Below are positions 27,857-39,200 of a stretch of 64,000 nucleotides of DNA, one piece after another. A program made the translations under genes and the position numbers. The stretch's first letter is position 1, and the number at the start of each line of letters is the position of its first letter. The stretch is taken from positions 12,580 through 76,579 of the forward strand of contig CAWHCF010000017.1 of the NCBI GenBank assembly GCA_963827655.1. The letters are read 5' to 3'. The notes under the pieces were generated by a model. The model was not told the DNA's origin. It was given only the letters and a program-made list of their open reading frames with translations, and did no database searches. Source of the DNA: an uncultured Acidobacteriota bacterium. Its GTDB lineage: Bacteria; Acidobacteriota; UBA6911.

Positions 27857-28500
27857 TGCTAGGACGCACCAACGTGATGGCGCTCAGTATCCTGGTGTTC
27901 CTTGGTTGCGCGGCTGGGGCCGAGGCGCCCATTCCTCCCTTTGGGCGCGACACCGTCCTGGTCTGGAAAGTAACCAACGAAGGCGACACTGACGCCGGGA
28001 CCTTCGTGGTGCGCATCGCCGAGTTTCTTCCCAATCGCTTTATCGAATGGGAAAATGCGCAGACGCAGGGTACGATTTTCATGTCGCACGATGCCGTGAC
28101 CAAGTCCCGGGTTTTCGTCAACGCGCGTCTTTTCGAGGCGGGGGTCGATAGCAAAGGCAAGGACTCCACGACTCTCTGGCTGAGCCAACGGGTCTTCCGA
28201 GAACTGAAAGCGAAGGGGAGAGTAAAACTCGCGATTGATTCGCTCGATGGTTGGATGACTCTCGAAGGGAGTGAGCAGATTCAGGTCGAGGTGAACAAAG
28301 TTCCGACGGAAGTGCCGGTGGTCAAGGTAAAGGACGACCGCGGCATGGAGCGGTGGTTCTTAGACCTGGAAGAAAACCCGTTGATGGTAAAGCACAGTTA
28401 TCGCGCCTACAGCCAGACTCTCAAGAGCATAACCACCGATCGCCCTAACACGTTGCGATGGATCAAGGGGAAGAAGCTTGGTCGAGGTGGAAGCTTCTAG
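27856..28500 (+). CDS. Hypothetical secreted/lipoprotein-like protein, translationally coupled to ribE
   Basis: 214-aa ORF with N-terminus MLGRTNVMALSILVFLGCAAG. Its ATG overlaps the ribE stop (TGATG at 27854-27858). No family recognised. Confidence 0.55.
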   Translation: MLGRTNVMALSILVFLGCAAGAEAPIPPFGRDTVLVWKVTNEGDTDAGTFVVRIAEFLPNRFIEWENAQTQGTIFMSHDAVTKSRVFVNARLFEAGVDSKGKDSTTLWLSQRVFRELKAKGRVKLAIDSLDGWMTLEGSEQIQVEVNKVPTEVPVVKVKDDRGMERWFLDLEENPLMVKHSYRAYSQTLKSITTDRPNTLRWIKGKKLGRGGSF

Positions 28501-28592
28501 AGGCGCTCCTGAACTCGTACACCTCTTTTTTCCTTGTCGTGCGGGGCAAAACAAGAACACAAAAGCTGCCCGACGCCCAGCCGGCGTATCGA

Positions 28593-29315
28593 TCAGCCGT
28601 GCCGGTTGCGCACTAATCCAGAAGCAATCGCGGTTCGTGTCCGCTGCGCGAGTTCGTCGCTGTCGTGCATTCCCGGTTCATGGGTGAAAATCGGGTCATG
28701 AAAAATGACCTCGATCACTCCTGGGTGAATTCCGTAGGTTCCCGGAGGTTGAATCTTTCGGCTGTTGACAATCGATACGGGAAGGATAGGCGTCTTCGCT
28801 TTGAGCGCCATCAGGAAGGCTCCCTTCTTGAATGGCCCGAGCTGGCCATCCCGGCTGCGTGTACCCTCGGGAAAGGCAACGAGCGAATATCCCTCTTTCA
28901 AGAGTCGCACTGCACAGTCAATGCTGGTTTTTGCTCTGGCCGGGTTCGAACGATCGATCGGAACGAACCGGACCTGCTTGAGGAGCACCGAAAGAACGGG
29001 AATCCGCATCATCTCCTTTTTGATCAGGGCTCGAAAGTCGCGTGGTATCGCGTGCAAGAGTACGGGGCCGTCAAAGTTTCCTTGATGGTTGGAGACGAAA
29101 AAGTAGTTCTGCCCGGGACGAATTTTTTCCCGTCCTTCCAACTTGACTCGGACGCCGCAGAGCCATCCCGCCGTTCGAATACAGAGGTGAGCCGCTCGAT
29201 AAATGAACGTTGTATTTCCGGACGCAACGGTCCATAACATTGCGACGGGAGTCATGACAAGGATGAACAGGCCGACAAAGAGATAAACCAGGGAGGCTCG
29301 GGCGAACTGTTTCAT
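28593..29315 (-). CDS. plsC: 1-acyl-sn-glycerol-3-phosphate acyltransferase
   Basis: HX4D motif FVSNHQGNFDG and the FPEGTRSRDG motif. ATG 29315 (MKQFARASLVYLFVGLF) gives a TM anchor. The ORF track start at 29384 lies in repeat DNA. Confidence 0.85.
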   Translation of the reverse strand: MKQFARASLVYLFVGLFILVMTPVAMLWTVASGNTTFIYRAAHLCIRTAGWLCGVRVKLEGREKIRPGQNYFFVSNHQGNFDGPVLLHAIPRDFRALIKKEMMRIPVLSVLLKQVRFVPIDRSNPARAKTSIDCAVRLLKEGYSLVAFPEGTRSRDGQLGPFKKGAFLMALKAKTPILPVSIVNSRKIQPPGTYGIHPGVIEVIFHDPIFTHEPGMHDSDELAQRTRTAIASGLVRNRHG

Positions 29316-29490
29316 CGACTGGTCCCTTTTGGACTGCGGCGACTTGCCGCGCTTCACGGTCAGTCTACATGCGTCGATCGTCAATCGTCATTCGTCAGTG
29401 TTCTTGTGAGAGACCAGAATACCTGATCACTTTTTTTACCGCAAAGAGAGGATAAAGTCTGTGCGTGTTGCGGAGTATCGGGGGTGATCC

Positions 29491-30681
29491 GTGGGATTCC
29501 ATTCGATAGGGGAAGCGCTGGAAGATATTCGCGACGGCAAAATCATCATCGTCGTCGATGACGAGGACCGCGAGAACGAGGGGGATTTTACCCTGGCCGC
29601 CGAGAAAGTGACGCCGGAAGCCATCAACTTCATGGCCCATTACGGTCGCGGTCTGATCTGTCTGCCGCTGACGGCCGAGCGCCTGGACCAGTTGAATATT
29701 CCGCTGATGGTGGAGGGAAATACGAGTAAGTATGGAACTGCCTTCACAGTTTCGATCGAAGCTCGGCACGGTGTTACCACCGGCATTTCCGCCGCCGACC
29801 GCGCGACCACGATTCTAACGGCGATCAATCCGAGGAGCACGCCATCGGATCTGGTGCGGCCAGGACATGTGTTTCCGCTGCGCGCGCGGGCGGGCGGAGT
29901 CCTGGAACGAGCGGGCCAAACGGAAGCTGCGGTCGATCTCGCGCGTCTTGCCGGTCTCTCGCCCGCCGGCGTCATCTGCGAAGTCATGAACCAGGATGGC
30001 ACGATGGCCCGCATTCCGGAGCTGCGCAAAGTGGCCCGCCGCCACCGGCTGAAGATCATCACCGTGGCCGATCTGATTGCCTTCCGTTTGAAAAACGAAA
30101 CCTTCGTTCACAGGATTACCGAAGCCGATGTTCCCACCGAATTCGGCGAATTTCGGGTGATCGTGTTTGAAAACTCGCTGGACCACCAGCATCATGTCGC
30201 GCTGGTTAAGGGGGTCATCGATCCGAATGAGCCCACGCTGGTGCGCGTGCAATCGCAGTCGACCATGGCGGACGTATTTCATTCCCTGCTCAGCGAGAGC
30301 GGCGCGCAGTTGCGCGCGGCGCTGAGCATGATTGATGGGGCTGGAGCCGGGGTCGTGGTGTACTTGCGCCAGGAGGGCGGCGGAACGGGACTGGCTGAAG
30401 AAATATGCGGGTATGGGTTGCGCCGGCACAGGCCCGTGGCCGCAGAAGCCGGCGCATGGCTCGAGTCCAACCCGGACCTTCGGGTTTACGGCATCGGGGC
30501 GCAGATTCTAACGCAACTGGGCGTCCGAAAGCTGCGCCTGCTCACGAATCACCCCAAGAAGATTATCGGGCTTCAAGGCTATGGCTTGACGGTGATCGAG
30601 CAGGTTCCGCTGGTAACGAACCGGTCGGAACTTTACCTGCGAAAGGATTTGAGTCCTGGGAAGCGCGAGACGCCAAGCTAG
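29491..30681 (+). CDS. ribBA: RibBA-type protein with an intact DHBP synthase half and a GTP cyclohydrolase II-like half lacking the zinc cysteines
   Basis: N-terminal half carries [16 protein letters not shown] and [14 protein letters not shown]. In the C-terminal half the positions of HSECLTGD...RCDCG read QSQSTMAD...LSESG. Confidence 0.85.
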   Translation: MGFHSIGEALEDIRDGKIIIVVDDEDRENEGDFTLAAEKVTPEAINFMAHYGRGLICLPLTAERLDQLNIPLMVEGNTSKYGTAFTVSIEARHGVTTGISAADRATTILTAINPRSTPSDLVRPGHVFPLRARAGGVLERAGQTEAAVDLARLAGLSPAGVICEVMNQDGTMARIPELRKVARRHRLKIITVADLIAFRLKNETFVHRITEADVPTEFGEFRVIVFENSLDHQHHVALVKGVIDPNEPTLVRVQSQSTMADVFHSLLSESGAQLRAALSMIDGAGAGVVVYLRQEGGGTGLAEEICGYGLRRHRPVAAEAGAWLESNPDLRVYGIGAQILTQLGVRKLRLLTNHPKKIIGLQGYGLTVIEQVPLVTNRSELYLRKDLSPGKRETPS

Positions 30682-31286
30682 ACCTTCGAGAGGAAGTGTC
30701 CCAGCTTCTCTTTCTTGATTTTTAGATAGTCCCGCGTCGAGGAGTTCGGAGTTATCTCCAGGGGAATGCGCTGCTGCACTTGTACGCCTTCTTTTTCGAG
30801 GGCCCGCACTTTTTCGGGGTTATTGGAGAGAAGGCGAATGCTTCGAAACCCGAGATACTTCAGAATCTCGGCCGGCATGCGATATTCGCGTTGATCGGCC
30901 TTAAACCCCAGTTCCTGGTTGGCTGAAACTGTGTCCAGTCCCTGGTCCTGCAGTTCATAGGCGCGTATCTTGTTGATCAGACCGATTCCACGGCCTTCCT
31001 GCTGCTGGTAGACCAGGACTCCGAAACCGGCCTGTGAAATCAGTTGCATCGATGTATGAAGCTGATCTCTGCAATCACAACGGACGGAGGCGAACACATC
31101 TCCGGTGAGGCACTGCGAGTGAATTCGAACCATCGGAATCGAGCCCGCAGGCGGAGGGCCAGCCATCAGCGCCACGGCTTCTTCGCCTGAATCCAGGTCA
31201 CGGAATCCATAGACCGTGAAGTCTCCGTAGGGTGTGGGGAGCGTGGCGCGAGGAACTTTGGCGAAATTCATATAGTCAATTCTCAC
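30678..31286 (-). CDS. ribA: GTP cyclohydrolase II (stand-alone)
   Basis: [24 protein letters not shown] has all three zinc Cys, and [21 protein letters not shown] is present. It is convergent with ribBA, and the two stop codons share the tetranucleotide CTAG (30678-30681). Confidence 0.9.
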   Translation of the reverse strand: MRIDYMNFAKVPRATLPTPYGDFTVYGFRDLDSGEEAVALMAGPPPAGSIPMVRIHSQCLTGDVFASVRCDCRDQLHTSMQLISQAGFGVLVYQQQEGRGIGLINKIRAYELQDQGLDTVSANQELGFKADQREYRMPAEILKYLGFRSIRLLSNNPEKVRALEKEGVQVQQRIPLEITPNSSTRDYLKIKKEKLGHFLSKV

Positions 31287-31419
31287 TGGGCGGCCCCGGG
31301 CGAGGTCTCCGGTATATTTTGGACCGCGGCGGGAGTATTATCCGCATGGATCGCGTGGCTGTCAACCTGCGCGCCGTGGCCTCGGTGTGGCAACTGCGAA
31401 GATCAAAGAATCAGGGCAT

Positions 31420-32028
31420 ATGGATGACAATCCGGCTAAGAAGATAATCGTGGCCATCACGGGAGCGACGGGATCTATCCTGGGGGTGCGTCTGCTGCAG
31501 CTCTCGCGCGGCGCAGGGATTGAGACGCACCTCGTGGTGAGCAAGTGGGGCGTTCGAACACTCATGCATGAAACATCCTATGGGATCGAGCAGGTCAGGC
31601 AAATGGCGAGTTTCAGCTACCAGGAGGGTGATGCCGGCGCCGCGATTTCGAGCGGCTCCTTCTTGACCGACGGAATGGTCGTGATTCCATGCAGTATGAG
31701 AACTCTGGGCGCGGTCGCGAGCGGTCACGGCGACAACTTGATCCATCGTGCAGCCGATGTCGTTCTGAAAGAGCGCCGGAAACTGGTTCTCGTAGTACGC
31801 GAAGCGCCATTCAATGAAATCCATTTGGAGAACATGTTGAAACTGACGCGCATGGGCGCGGTCATTACTCCTCCAGTCCCGGCGTTCTACAATCACCCTC
31901 GGACGATTGCCGACGTCGTGGATCACATCGCGTCGCGCGCACTGGACCATCTGGGTATTCATCTGGATCGCGTCAGCCGCTGGGATGGTGTGATGTCATC
32001 AGACGGAGCGTCTCTGATGCAGGAGTGA
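31420..32028 (+). CDS. ubiX: Flavin prenyltransferase UbiX
   Basis: KIIVAITGATGSILGVRLL...VIPCSMRTLGAVASG...VVREAPFNEIHLENM is typical UbiX/Pad1. ATG 31420 is preferred over the track start at 31387. Confidence 0.85.
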   Translation: MDDNPAKKIIVAITGATGSILGVRLLQLSRGAGIETHLVVSKWGVRTLMHETSYGIEQVRQMASFSYQEGDAGAAISSGSFLTDGMVVIPCSMRTLGAVASGHGDNLIHRAADVVLKERRKLVLVVREAPFNEIHLENMLKLTRMGAVITPPVPAFYNHPRTIADVVDHIASRALDHLGIHLDRVSRWDGVMSSDGASLMQE

Positions 32029-32165
32029 GGAGTATCCTCGGTCTTCGCGAGTTCTGTTAGTTCCGCACCATTAATTCCACTCTGCAATCGCGCGCATTCC
32101 TCCTTGCCTTTCTGGGCCCCATACGATAAAAAAACAACCCCCCTTAACCAGGGAGGATCCATCTC

Positions 32166-33422
32166 ATGAAACAGCACACCTTGATCAGCTCCATTGTCCT
32201 GACCCTGTTGGGTTGGAGTATTAACGCTCACGCTGACGTAGTCACCGACTGGAACACGGCCGCCCTGAACGCCATCCGCCTTGACCGAACGCCTCCGCCA
32301 GTCGCTTCTCGCGCCCTCGCCATCCTGCACGCGTCTATTTACGACGCGGTGAACGGGATCAGCCGCAGCCACGAAGCGTACTTCGTGCCGAGCCAGGTCC
32401 CTGCCAGGGCTTCCAGAGAGGCCGCCGCCAGCGCGGCCGCGCACAAAGTGCTCAGTACGCTCTTCCCGAACAGCGCCGCCGCCTTCGATATGCTCCATGC
32501 CACAACGCTCGCCGCCATTCGGAACGGTCTGCAAAAGGCAGCGGGCGTCGCCTGGGGCGAATCGGTCGCCGCCCGGATCCTTGCCTGGCGGGCGATCGAT
32601 GGGTCCGGCGTGCTCGTGGCGCCTCCTTCCGGCAACGGTCCCGGTGACTGGCAGCCGACGCCGGAGGCGTTTCTTCCTTATTTGCTGCCGCAGTGGGGTT
32701 TTGTCGCCTCCTTTGCGATTCCCAGGGCGTCCGCTTTTCGTCCGCCCGGACCACCGCTTCTGGACAGTGCGAGATGGGCGGCGGATTACAACGAGGTCAA
32801 GGAAATCGGTCGGGCCACCGGTTCTACGCGCACGGCGGAACAGACCGAAATCGCGCTGTTCTGGGCCGATGGTGCCGGCACGGAAACTCCGCCGGGACAT
32901 TGGAACAGCATCGCGCAAAATGTCGGGGAGCGAAACACACTGGAAGAGAACGCCCGGCTGTTTGCCCTTTTGAACATTGCGCTGGCCGACGCCGCCATAT
33001 GCTCCTGGGATGCCAAATACTTCTATAACTTCTGGCGCCCGGTGACTGCGATTCGTAACGGTGATACGGATCGCAACGACGCAACCACGCCCGATCCCGA
33101 GTGGAGTTCACTGATAGTGACTCCTCCATTTCCAGACTACACGTCCGGCCATAGCACTTTCAGCGGCGCGGCAGCGACCGTGCTGGCTTTGTTCTATGGT
33201 ACGGACAATATAGTATTCGCCACCGGCTCGGATTTCTTGCCGCGCGTCTTCCGACGCTTTACCAGTTTTTCGGCTGCGGCCCGGGAAGCGGCGCTCAGCC
33301 GCCTGTACGGTGGTATCCACTACCGGTCTGCCAATGACGACGGTTTGACTGCGGGCAGCGCCGTCGGCACGTGGACGTTCAGAAATTACCTTCAGCCGAA
33401 AAACAATCGTTCGCGAAAGTGA
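32166..33422 (+). CDS. Secreted PAP2-superfamily / vanadium-dependent haloperoxidase-like protein
   Basis: Signal peptide MKQHTLISSIVLTLLGWSINAHA. PAP2 motifs are PPFPDYTSGHSTFSGAAA and SRLYGGIHYRSANDDG. Confidence 0.75.
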   Translation: MKQHTLISSIVLTLLGWSINAHADVVTDWNTAALNAIRLDRTPPPVASRALAILHASIYDAVNGISRSHEAYFVPSQVPARASREAAASAAAHKVLSTLFPNSAAAFDMLHATTLAAIRNGLQKAAGVAWGESVAARILAWRAIDGSGVLVAPPSGNGPGDWQPTPEAFLPYLLPQWGFVASFAIPRASAFRPPGPPLLDSARWAADYNEVKEIGRATGSTRTAEQTEIALFWADGAGTETPPGHWNSIAQNVGERNTLEENARLFALLNIALADAAICSWDAKYFYNFWRPVTAIRNGDTDRNDATTPDPEWSSLIVTPPFPDYTSGHSTFSGAAATVLALFYGTDNIVFATGSDFLPRVFRRFTSFSAAAREAALSRLYGGIHYRSANDDGLTAGSAVGTWTFRNYLQPKNNRSRK

Positions 33423-33568
33423 ATTTCGGTGACAGGTTCCAAATTGCGTGGCAGAACTCTCGTCTTTGGCCTCTCTTGACAACGCAATTTGGCGCCTGTC
33501 ACCAAATTTAAAGCCTGGTGTTTCTTCGTGTCTTGGTGTCCTGGTGGTATTGGTTTGAAAGGCCGGAA

Positions 33569-34303
33569 TCAGGGAAGCTGGCGGATGCGAAGATTCCTGA
33601 ATTCAATCGGTGACCCTTCCGACTCCAGACAGAGGTAGCCGGTGCGAGGTTCGGCGTCGCTGCCGCCCGAGACTTCCTCCCCGTTGACCCACAGCCGCAC
33701 TTCGCCATTGATGGCCCGGACGTAGTAATGGTTCCACTCTCCGACGCCTTTGCTGAGCTGCTTGCGTGGGAAACTGCGCGAGCCGTTGGGGGAGGTCGGA
33801 GGAAACGGTTTGAGCTTGGATTTGCCCACGGCAAAGATGTCGCCGTTGGTGCTGAACCAGTCGCCTTTCTTTCCGGATCGTTTCTCGTATTGCTCGGCGA
33901 ACCCGTGATCGAGCATCTGCACCTCGATGCCACCCTGGGGCAGCACATTTGGTTTCAGCTCCTTGAGCGCCTCTTCCGGCACCCAGACGAAGACGCCCGA
34001 GTTGCCTGCGGGACGCAAATGCCGCCATTCCACGACCAGCTCGAAGTTGCTGAACAGTTGCTGCGTGCGCATCACGCCGATCGGCTGGCCCGTGCAGCTC
34101 AGCAGATCGTTCTTCCAGGTCCAGGTCTCGGGATAACAATTGACGTTGGCAAAGTCCTCCTGCCCCAGCGCGCGCCAGCCGGGTCCGGTGCCGTCGACGA
34201 ACGCCTTGGGCAGGCTCGGTTCCTGGCCGAGGCAGAAGGCGATCGCCGGCAGCACCACCATCCCAAGCCAACCTGAGACTCGCGCAAGAGAAACATGCCA
34301 CAT
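33569..34303 (-). CDS. DUF1080 (3-keto-disaccharide hydrolase-like, LamG fold) secreted protein
   Basis: ...GVFVWVPEE...NGDIFAVG...NGEVRLWVNGEEV...GYLCLESEGSPIEFRNLRIRQL. ATG 34303 is preceded by GGGAGGG and gives the signal peptide MWHVSLARVSGWLGMVVLPAIAF. Confidence 0.75.
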   Translation of the reverse strand: MWHVSLARVSGWLGMVVLPAIAFCLGQEPSLPKAFVDGTGPGWRALGQEDFANVNCYPETWTWKNDLLSCTGQPIGVMRTQQLFSNFELVVEWRHLRPAGNSGVFVWVPEEALKELKPNVLPQGGIEVQMLDHGFAEQYEKRSGKKGDWFSTNGDIFAVGKSKLKPFPPTSPNGSRSFPRKQLSKGVGEWNHYYVRAINGEVRLWVNGEEVSGGSDAEPRTGYLCLESEGSPIEFRNLRIRQLP

Positions 34304-34531
34304 GAAGAGCCCTCCCACTGTTATTTCAAGAGAAGCGCACGGCACAAACCGGCTTCCGGGCATTTCTATCGAGAAAGCGCTGGGGACGCAAGCCCATTCT
34401 CGAATTCCGGACTGCGTGGGGTGCGATCCAATCACAACTCGGGTCAGGATCGGCGCGCGGGGCCTCAAAAAACACCAAAGGGATTTCTCCGAGCGGCCAG
34501 CCCCAGGTTGACAAAACCTTCCCCGCGATAG

Positions 34532-34825
34532 CTACGATTTCAGGGTATGGTAAAAGGCTCGCTCACGCTTCTCCAACCGTGGCAGGGCTTCCCCCTTGAT
34601 GTAGCGTTCGAAGTGGGGAGTCGACATGTGGGTCTGATAAGCCGATTCATCCGTATATTGCTCGTAGAGGAAGAAGACCTGCGGATCCTCGGCGGATCTG
34701 TGCGTCTGGTAAAAGAGGCAGCCCGGTTCCGCTCTCGAAAGGGGTGTCATGGTCTCGAGAATCTCTCGGATTTTTTCCTCCTCGCCGGACTTGACTCGAT
34801 AGGTCGCTGCGACGACATAAGCCAT
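34532..34825 (-). CDS. Antibiotic-biosynthesis-monooxygenase (ABM) domain protein / putative quinol monooxygenase
   Basis: MAYVVAATYRVKSGEEEKIREILE...CLFYQTHRSAEDPQVFFLYEQYTDESAYQTHMSTPHF matches the ABM/YgiN pattern. Confidence 0.75.
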   Translation of the reverse strand: MAYVVAATYRVKSGEEEKIREILETMTPLSRAEPGCLFYQTHRSAEDPQVFFLYEQYTDESAYQTHMSTPHFERYIKGEALPRLEKRERAFYHTLKS

Positions 34826-35119
34826 AGGGACGTCTCCTGTATAAGACTGCACGCTTCAGATCCCAACTTACCACCAGGACGCAAGGACGCCAAGAGACTC
34901 GAAGGCTTGGCTCTAGATCTCGACAGTCTTCGGGCTTCGTCCGGGGACTCAAACTGCTAGTCCAGAAACTTGGGGTTTGCGCCGGACTCTTGGTAGAATC
35001 CCGGAACCAGAGGCGACCTTATTTCAGACCATTCGGCGCTCTGGTTGACATTGCCGATCGCCTCGTGCTGGAACAGTCGCATCTGATCAGCTATTCCGGA
35101 GAATCACGGAGCACCATCG

Positions 35120-35476
35120 ATGCCCATTCGCACGCAGCAAGAAGAGCCGGGTTTGCTTGTAGCCACTGTAAGCGGACGCGTTCATTACCGTGAGTTTCGG
35201 CCGCTGTGGCAAGAGAGTGCTGAGGCCATTGGACGGCTGGGCAAAATAAGAATCCTCATCGTGCTCGACAATTTCCAGGGATGGGAACAAAGTGAGGGAT
35301 GGGGAGACACGAGCTTTCAGGAAAAATACGACCCATTCATCGAACGCATCGCTATTGTGGGGGATAGTCAATGGAAGGACCTCGTCCTCGCGTTCGCAGG
35401 CAAGCCGTTTCGAACTCTCCCGATTCAATATTTCCTGCCCACGCAACTCGCGGAAGCGCGCGCCTGGCTGGGTTGA
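35120..35476 (+). CDS. SpoIIAA-like (STAS/SEC14-like, DUF3478) protein
   Basis: 118 aa, ...LVATVSGRVHYREF...KIRILIVLDNFQGWE...WGD...ERIAIVGDSQWKDL..., as in the SpoIIAA-like family. Confidence 0.65.
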   Translation: MPIRTQQEEPGLLVATVSGRVHYREFRPLWQESAEAIGRLGKIRILIVLDNFQGWEQSEGWGDTSFQEKYDPFIERIAIVGDSQWKDLVLAFAGKPFRTLPIQYFLPTQLAEARAWLG

Positions 35477-35484
35477 GTCAAATC

Positions 35485-36151
35485 GTGCTGCGATTGAAGT
35501 CGCCCAGTGGTGGCAAGCGGCGCCTGGGAATAGTGGCTTCGAAGCTCGCCCTTTTCTTTGCGTTCACTCTCCCGGCGTCGGCCCAGGTTTTCGAGCTGAC
35601 GCCACTGTTCGGCTATCGAATGGGCGGCACGCATCCAGGTGAAGAACGAAGGGGAGAGTACGTCCATCAAGGCCAGGTTGAAGGACGGTTTTGCCTATGG
35701 TTTGGCGGCAGGATATCGGTTCGACGAAGAGTCGGTCATTGAGTTCCGATGGGCACGCCAGCATAGCCGGCTCCGCTTACCGGATCCTGTCTCCCCGGAT
35801 CTGGTCTCGCCGATCGATACCACGATCGACCAATTCCACTGTGATTTTACTCACGAGTATGAGTGGGACCATTATCCCGGCATCCGGCCTTATGTCCTGG
35901 GAAGTGCAGGCGCCACCAGATTCGGCCTCCCCGGTGAAAGCTTCACGCGTTTCTCTTTCGGCCTGGGCGGGGGCGTGAAGATTTCCATTCATCCGCGCGT
36001 GCGTTGGCGCATTCAGGCAGAGTGGCTTCCCATCTGGATCGAGCCGGAGGCGAGAGGCCTGACCTGCAGGGGCGGCGTCTGCGCTGTGTTCTTGTCGGGG
36101 ACCCTGACGCACCAGTTTGAGGTCAGCTTCGGTCCCGTTTTTCATTTTTGA
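35485..36151 (+). pseudogene. Small outer-membrane beta-barrel protein, frameshifted (+1) between signal peptide and barrel
   Basis: Frame of ORF 35371..35742 gives ...LGIVASKLALFFAFTLPASAQVFELTPLFGYRMGG. Frame of ORF 35639..36151 gives ...IKARLKDGFAYGLAAGYRF...GGGVKISIHP...FEVSFGPVFHF. The break lies between 35600 and 35640. GTG 35485 or TTG 35494 are candidate starts. Confidence 0.6.
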
Positions 36152-36187
36152 GAAAGGGAGAGTGGCGAGTGGCTCCGAATCTCTTAT

Positions 36188-36252
36188 TTAGCGTTCGCGC
36201 AGAAATAAGTTCACATTCTGCTGCAGGCCCGAGGCCGCCGGCTAGGCGCGAG
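36188..36252. mobile_element. Truncated (left-half) copy of the MITE-like element
   Basis: GCGTTCGCGCAGAAATAAGTTCACATTCTGCTGCAGGCCC...GGCGCGA matches the left ~65 bp of copy 3 and then diverges. It overlaps the 3' end of the decayed gene. Confidence 0.7.
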
Positions 36253-39200
36253 CGACGATGCGGACGCGGCCGGTACGTGGGGAGCGGGCAACAAAGCCAC
36301 GATGGGGGTTCCGCCGAGTACAACCTGGCAGACGATTATTCTGCGCAGAATAGTCGCTAATCCCTGTCCTTTTTCTTCCGTTTTTCCCTGCGTGATCTCG
36401 AAGATCGTAGTCGTGCCGCTGATCTCGTTCCCCACGACGAGCAGCGGCCCCTTGATCGGACTGTCCTTCTCATCGATGAACAAGATCCCTTCAGGCCCGA
36501 GGTCGCCCGCCTGCGGGGTGCCGGGCGCGGAACCGAAGTCGCGCCGGTTTACGTAGGTGATGAAGACAGGTTCATGAGGATCGCTGATGTCGTACACCAC
36601 CACACCGCCGATGCGCTCGAGCCCTATGAACGCGTAGGTGTTTCCTGCCACCGTCCCGATCGCGATTCCCTCCGGCTCCGGGCCTTTGTCATCACTGCGG
36701 TTGTCGAAATCGTTGCTGGTGTTAGAGGCGTTGAAGTTGGCCGGAGAGGTGATGGCGGTTATCCATTCCAGCTGGTCGCTGCTGTCGAATACCAGCTCGC
36801 CGGTCTCGCTCCAGATGGAAAACGACCTGGTACCGAAGGCAAACAGTTGTTCAAAGGCGCCCGTCGCCGGATTCCTGCCCAGCGTGTTTGTGATATTCAG
36901 CCGGCCCAGGTTGGCATTGTTCTTGAGCACAGCACCGTCAGGAAATGCCGCCGGGTCCAGGTTAACGCTGCCGATGCGCACTGCTTCCTGGAAAGCGCTG
37001 TACTCGCGCGCATCCCCTTCGTTCGCGGTCACCAGGTAGGTATCGGAACGAGATTTATAAGAAGCAATTGCCGTCGGGCAAGAACAGGCCCTTTACCGGC
37101 CACTGTCGGATGTTGATCTTGTTATCCCGGTCGCTGGCATCGAGGCCGTTCAGACGGACATCGATGATGCCGAGCTGCTCCGGTTCGGGCACATAGTTCA
37201 AGGTGAACTTGCCGTCCGGATGGATCGTGATATTGGCCACGCCGAAATCGTTGTCGTTGATCACCGCGAGCGTCCATGGATCAATAACCGCCAATCCTTC
37301 GACTTTCTGCGCGCGATTGTAGCCGGCTTTGTTGAGATCCACATGCAGGCTCTTCGCGATCGGCTGGATGCCGTTGGCCACCATTTCGGCGACGCTGAGC
37401 TGATCCACGGTCTTGCCCGTCGATCCCACGACGCCTGTGAGCGCCGTCACGTCCGTGGCGCCGGTGAGATTGAACCGGTAGATCTTCTTCTCTATGTGGG
37501 CCGGATTGTCATCCGGCAGCGCATCGTCATCGCGCTCCAGCGCCAGGAACTCGCCGTATCCGAGCGAGACGGCGTCACCGATCTTGTCCGCGCGGGTATT
37601 CGGTTCGGGGCCGAGATCCGGATTGTCCAGCACGTAGATGAACTGCCGGGTGGCTCGCGTCGTGGGATTGAACTCGACCACTCGGATGTTACGCATCTGG
37701 TTGAGCGCACTGTTCGCGAGGGTCGGCGGATTGCGCAACGGGCTTTGCATGAAGGCATAGATTTTGCCGTCGTCATAGGCAACCCCCTCGAAGCCCCGGT
37801 TCTGGCGGCGTTGGCCGAGCACCGCGGGAAGGACCTCGGTCCCGTACGTGCCGGCCGGCTTGACCGGCTGCGGCGGCTGTGCCCATCGGAACGAAGCGGT
37901 CAAGCAGCACTCCGGCGGCGCTGAAGTGGTAGATCGCCGGGCGATACTCGTCAACCATCCAGAATGTGCCGTTGCTTGGATCGATGACGATGCCTTCGAG
38001 GTCGGCGCCAAAGGGGTCGAGCGGGAGAAGGTTGCCGAGCAGGTTGACGGGCACCTCGTCGTTGTAGGGCGTATTACCTGAATCGCCCAGGGCCGTGTTG
38101 GACAATCCGGTGAGCGGGGCTCCAGACGCCCAGCTTCAGCGGAATGATCTGGGTCACGTCGATCCGGTTGCCGTCCAGCTCGAACCGCACCAGTTGTGGA
38201 GTGAAGTCCGGCAGAAGGAAAGGGCGTAATATGCCGGTCGGCTCGGCATTAGGACCACGGTCGGTGTGGGTGATGAACTTGAGCGCTCCGCTGACAGGAT
38301 GAGTTCCCTCGAAGTGCAACCCGGAGAATCCGCCCAGGAAGAGCGTCTGGTTTCCCAGTGTTCTCCCGATCGGGGGGAGAGATGACGAACGGAAATTGTA
38401 GCGTCTTCGCGGTTGCCTCAACCTTGCTATGGTCCTTGTGACCGAGTGCTGCGAGCTTTGTAACCACGGCTCTCTTGATGTCGATGATGGCAATAGCATT
38501 GTTCTCCTGGAGTGTCACATAGGCTGTCTTCGAATCGTGACTGACGGCAATGTACTCCGGTTCCATGTCCTGCGAGACTCTGGCGCCCGGCCCGAAGATG
38601 CGGATTCCAGGGGGAAGCGGGCCGGTATTGAACGCCCGAAAATCCACGGTGCGCACATCGTCCTGCTTCAGCTTCGCGACGTCACCTTTCATCTGGATGA
38701 TGCTCACCGAGCCTTCGGGATCGATGGTATAGGTGTCGTTGGGTTCCCCTTCGTTGGCGATCAGCAGCCAATCCCCATCCGGTGAGAAGGTCAACATGTC
38801 CGGGAGCGCCCCGACCTGCTAGAACGTTGAGGACTCTCAGGTCCTTGGCGCTGAAAAACACGACCTTGCCGGGATCGGTCTTGATGGCGTTTTCAACCGC
38901 CACAGCGACGACACCTTTGTCCACGGCCACGCTGTTGGCAACGGCCCCGTAGGGCCTGACGTCGATCTGGGCCACGCGGGTGACAGCGGCTGGATTCGCT
39001 ATAGTCAGCACGTCGACCGTGGCCGACAGGGCATTCACGACGAAGAGCCGCTGGGTCTTGGGGTCGTGCGCTACGATCTCGGCGCCCCCCGCATTGAAAA
39101 TGCCGCTCGCATAGGAACCGATCGGCTTCAGCTTGATTGATTCGCGGTCGTCCTGGTCGTCTGCCGGAGCAAGTGTCGCGGTCAAGGCGAGGGAAACAGC

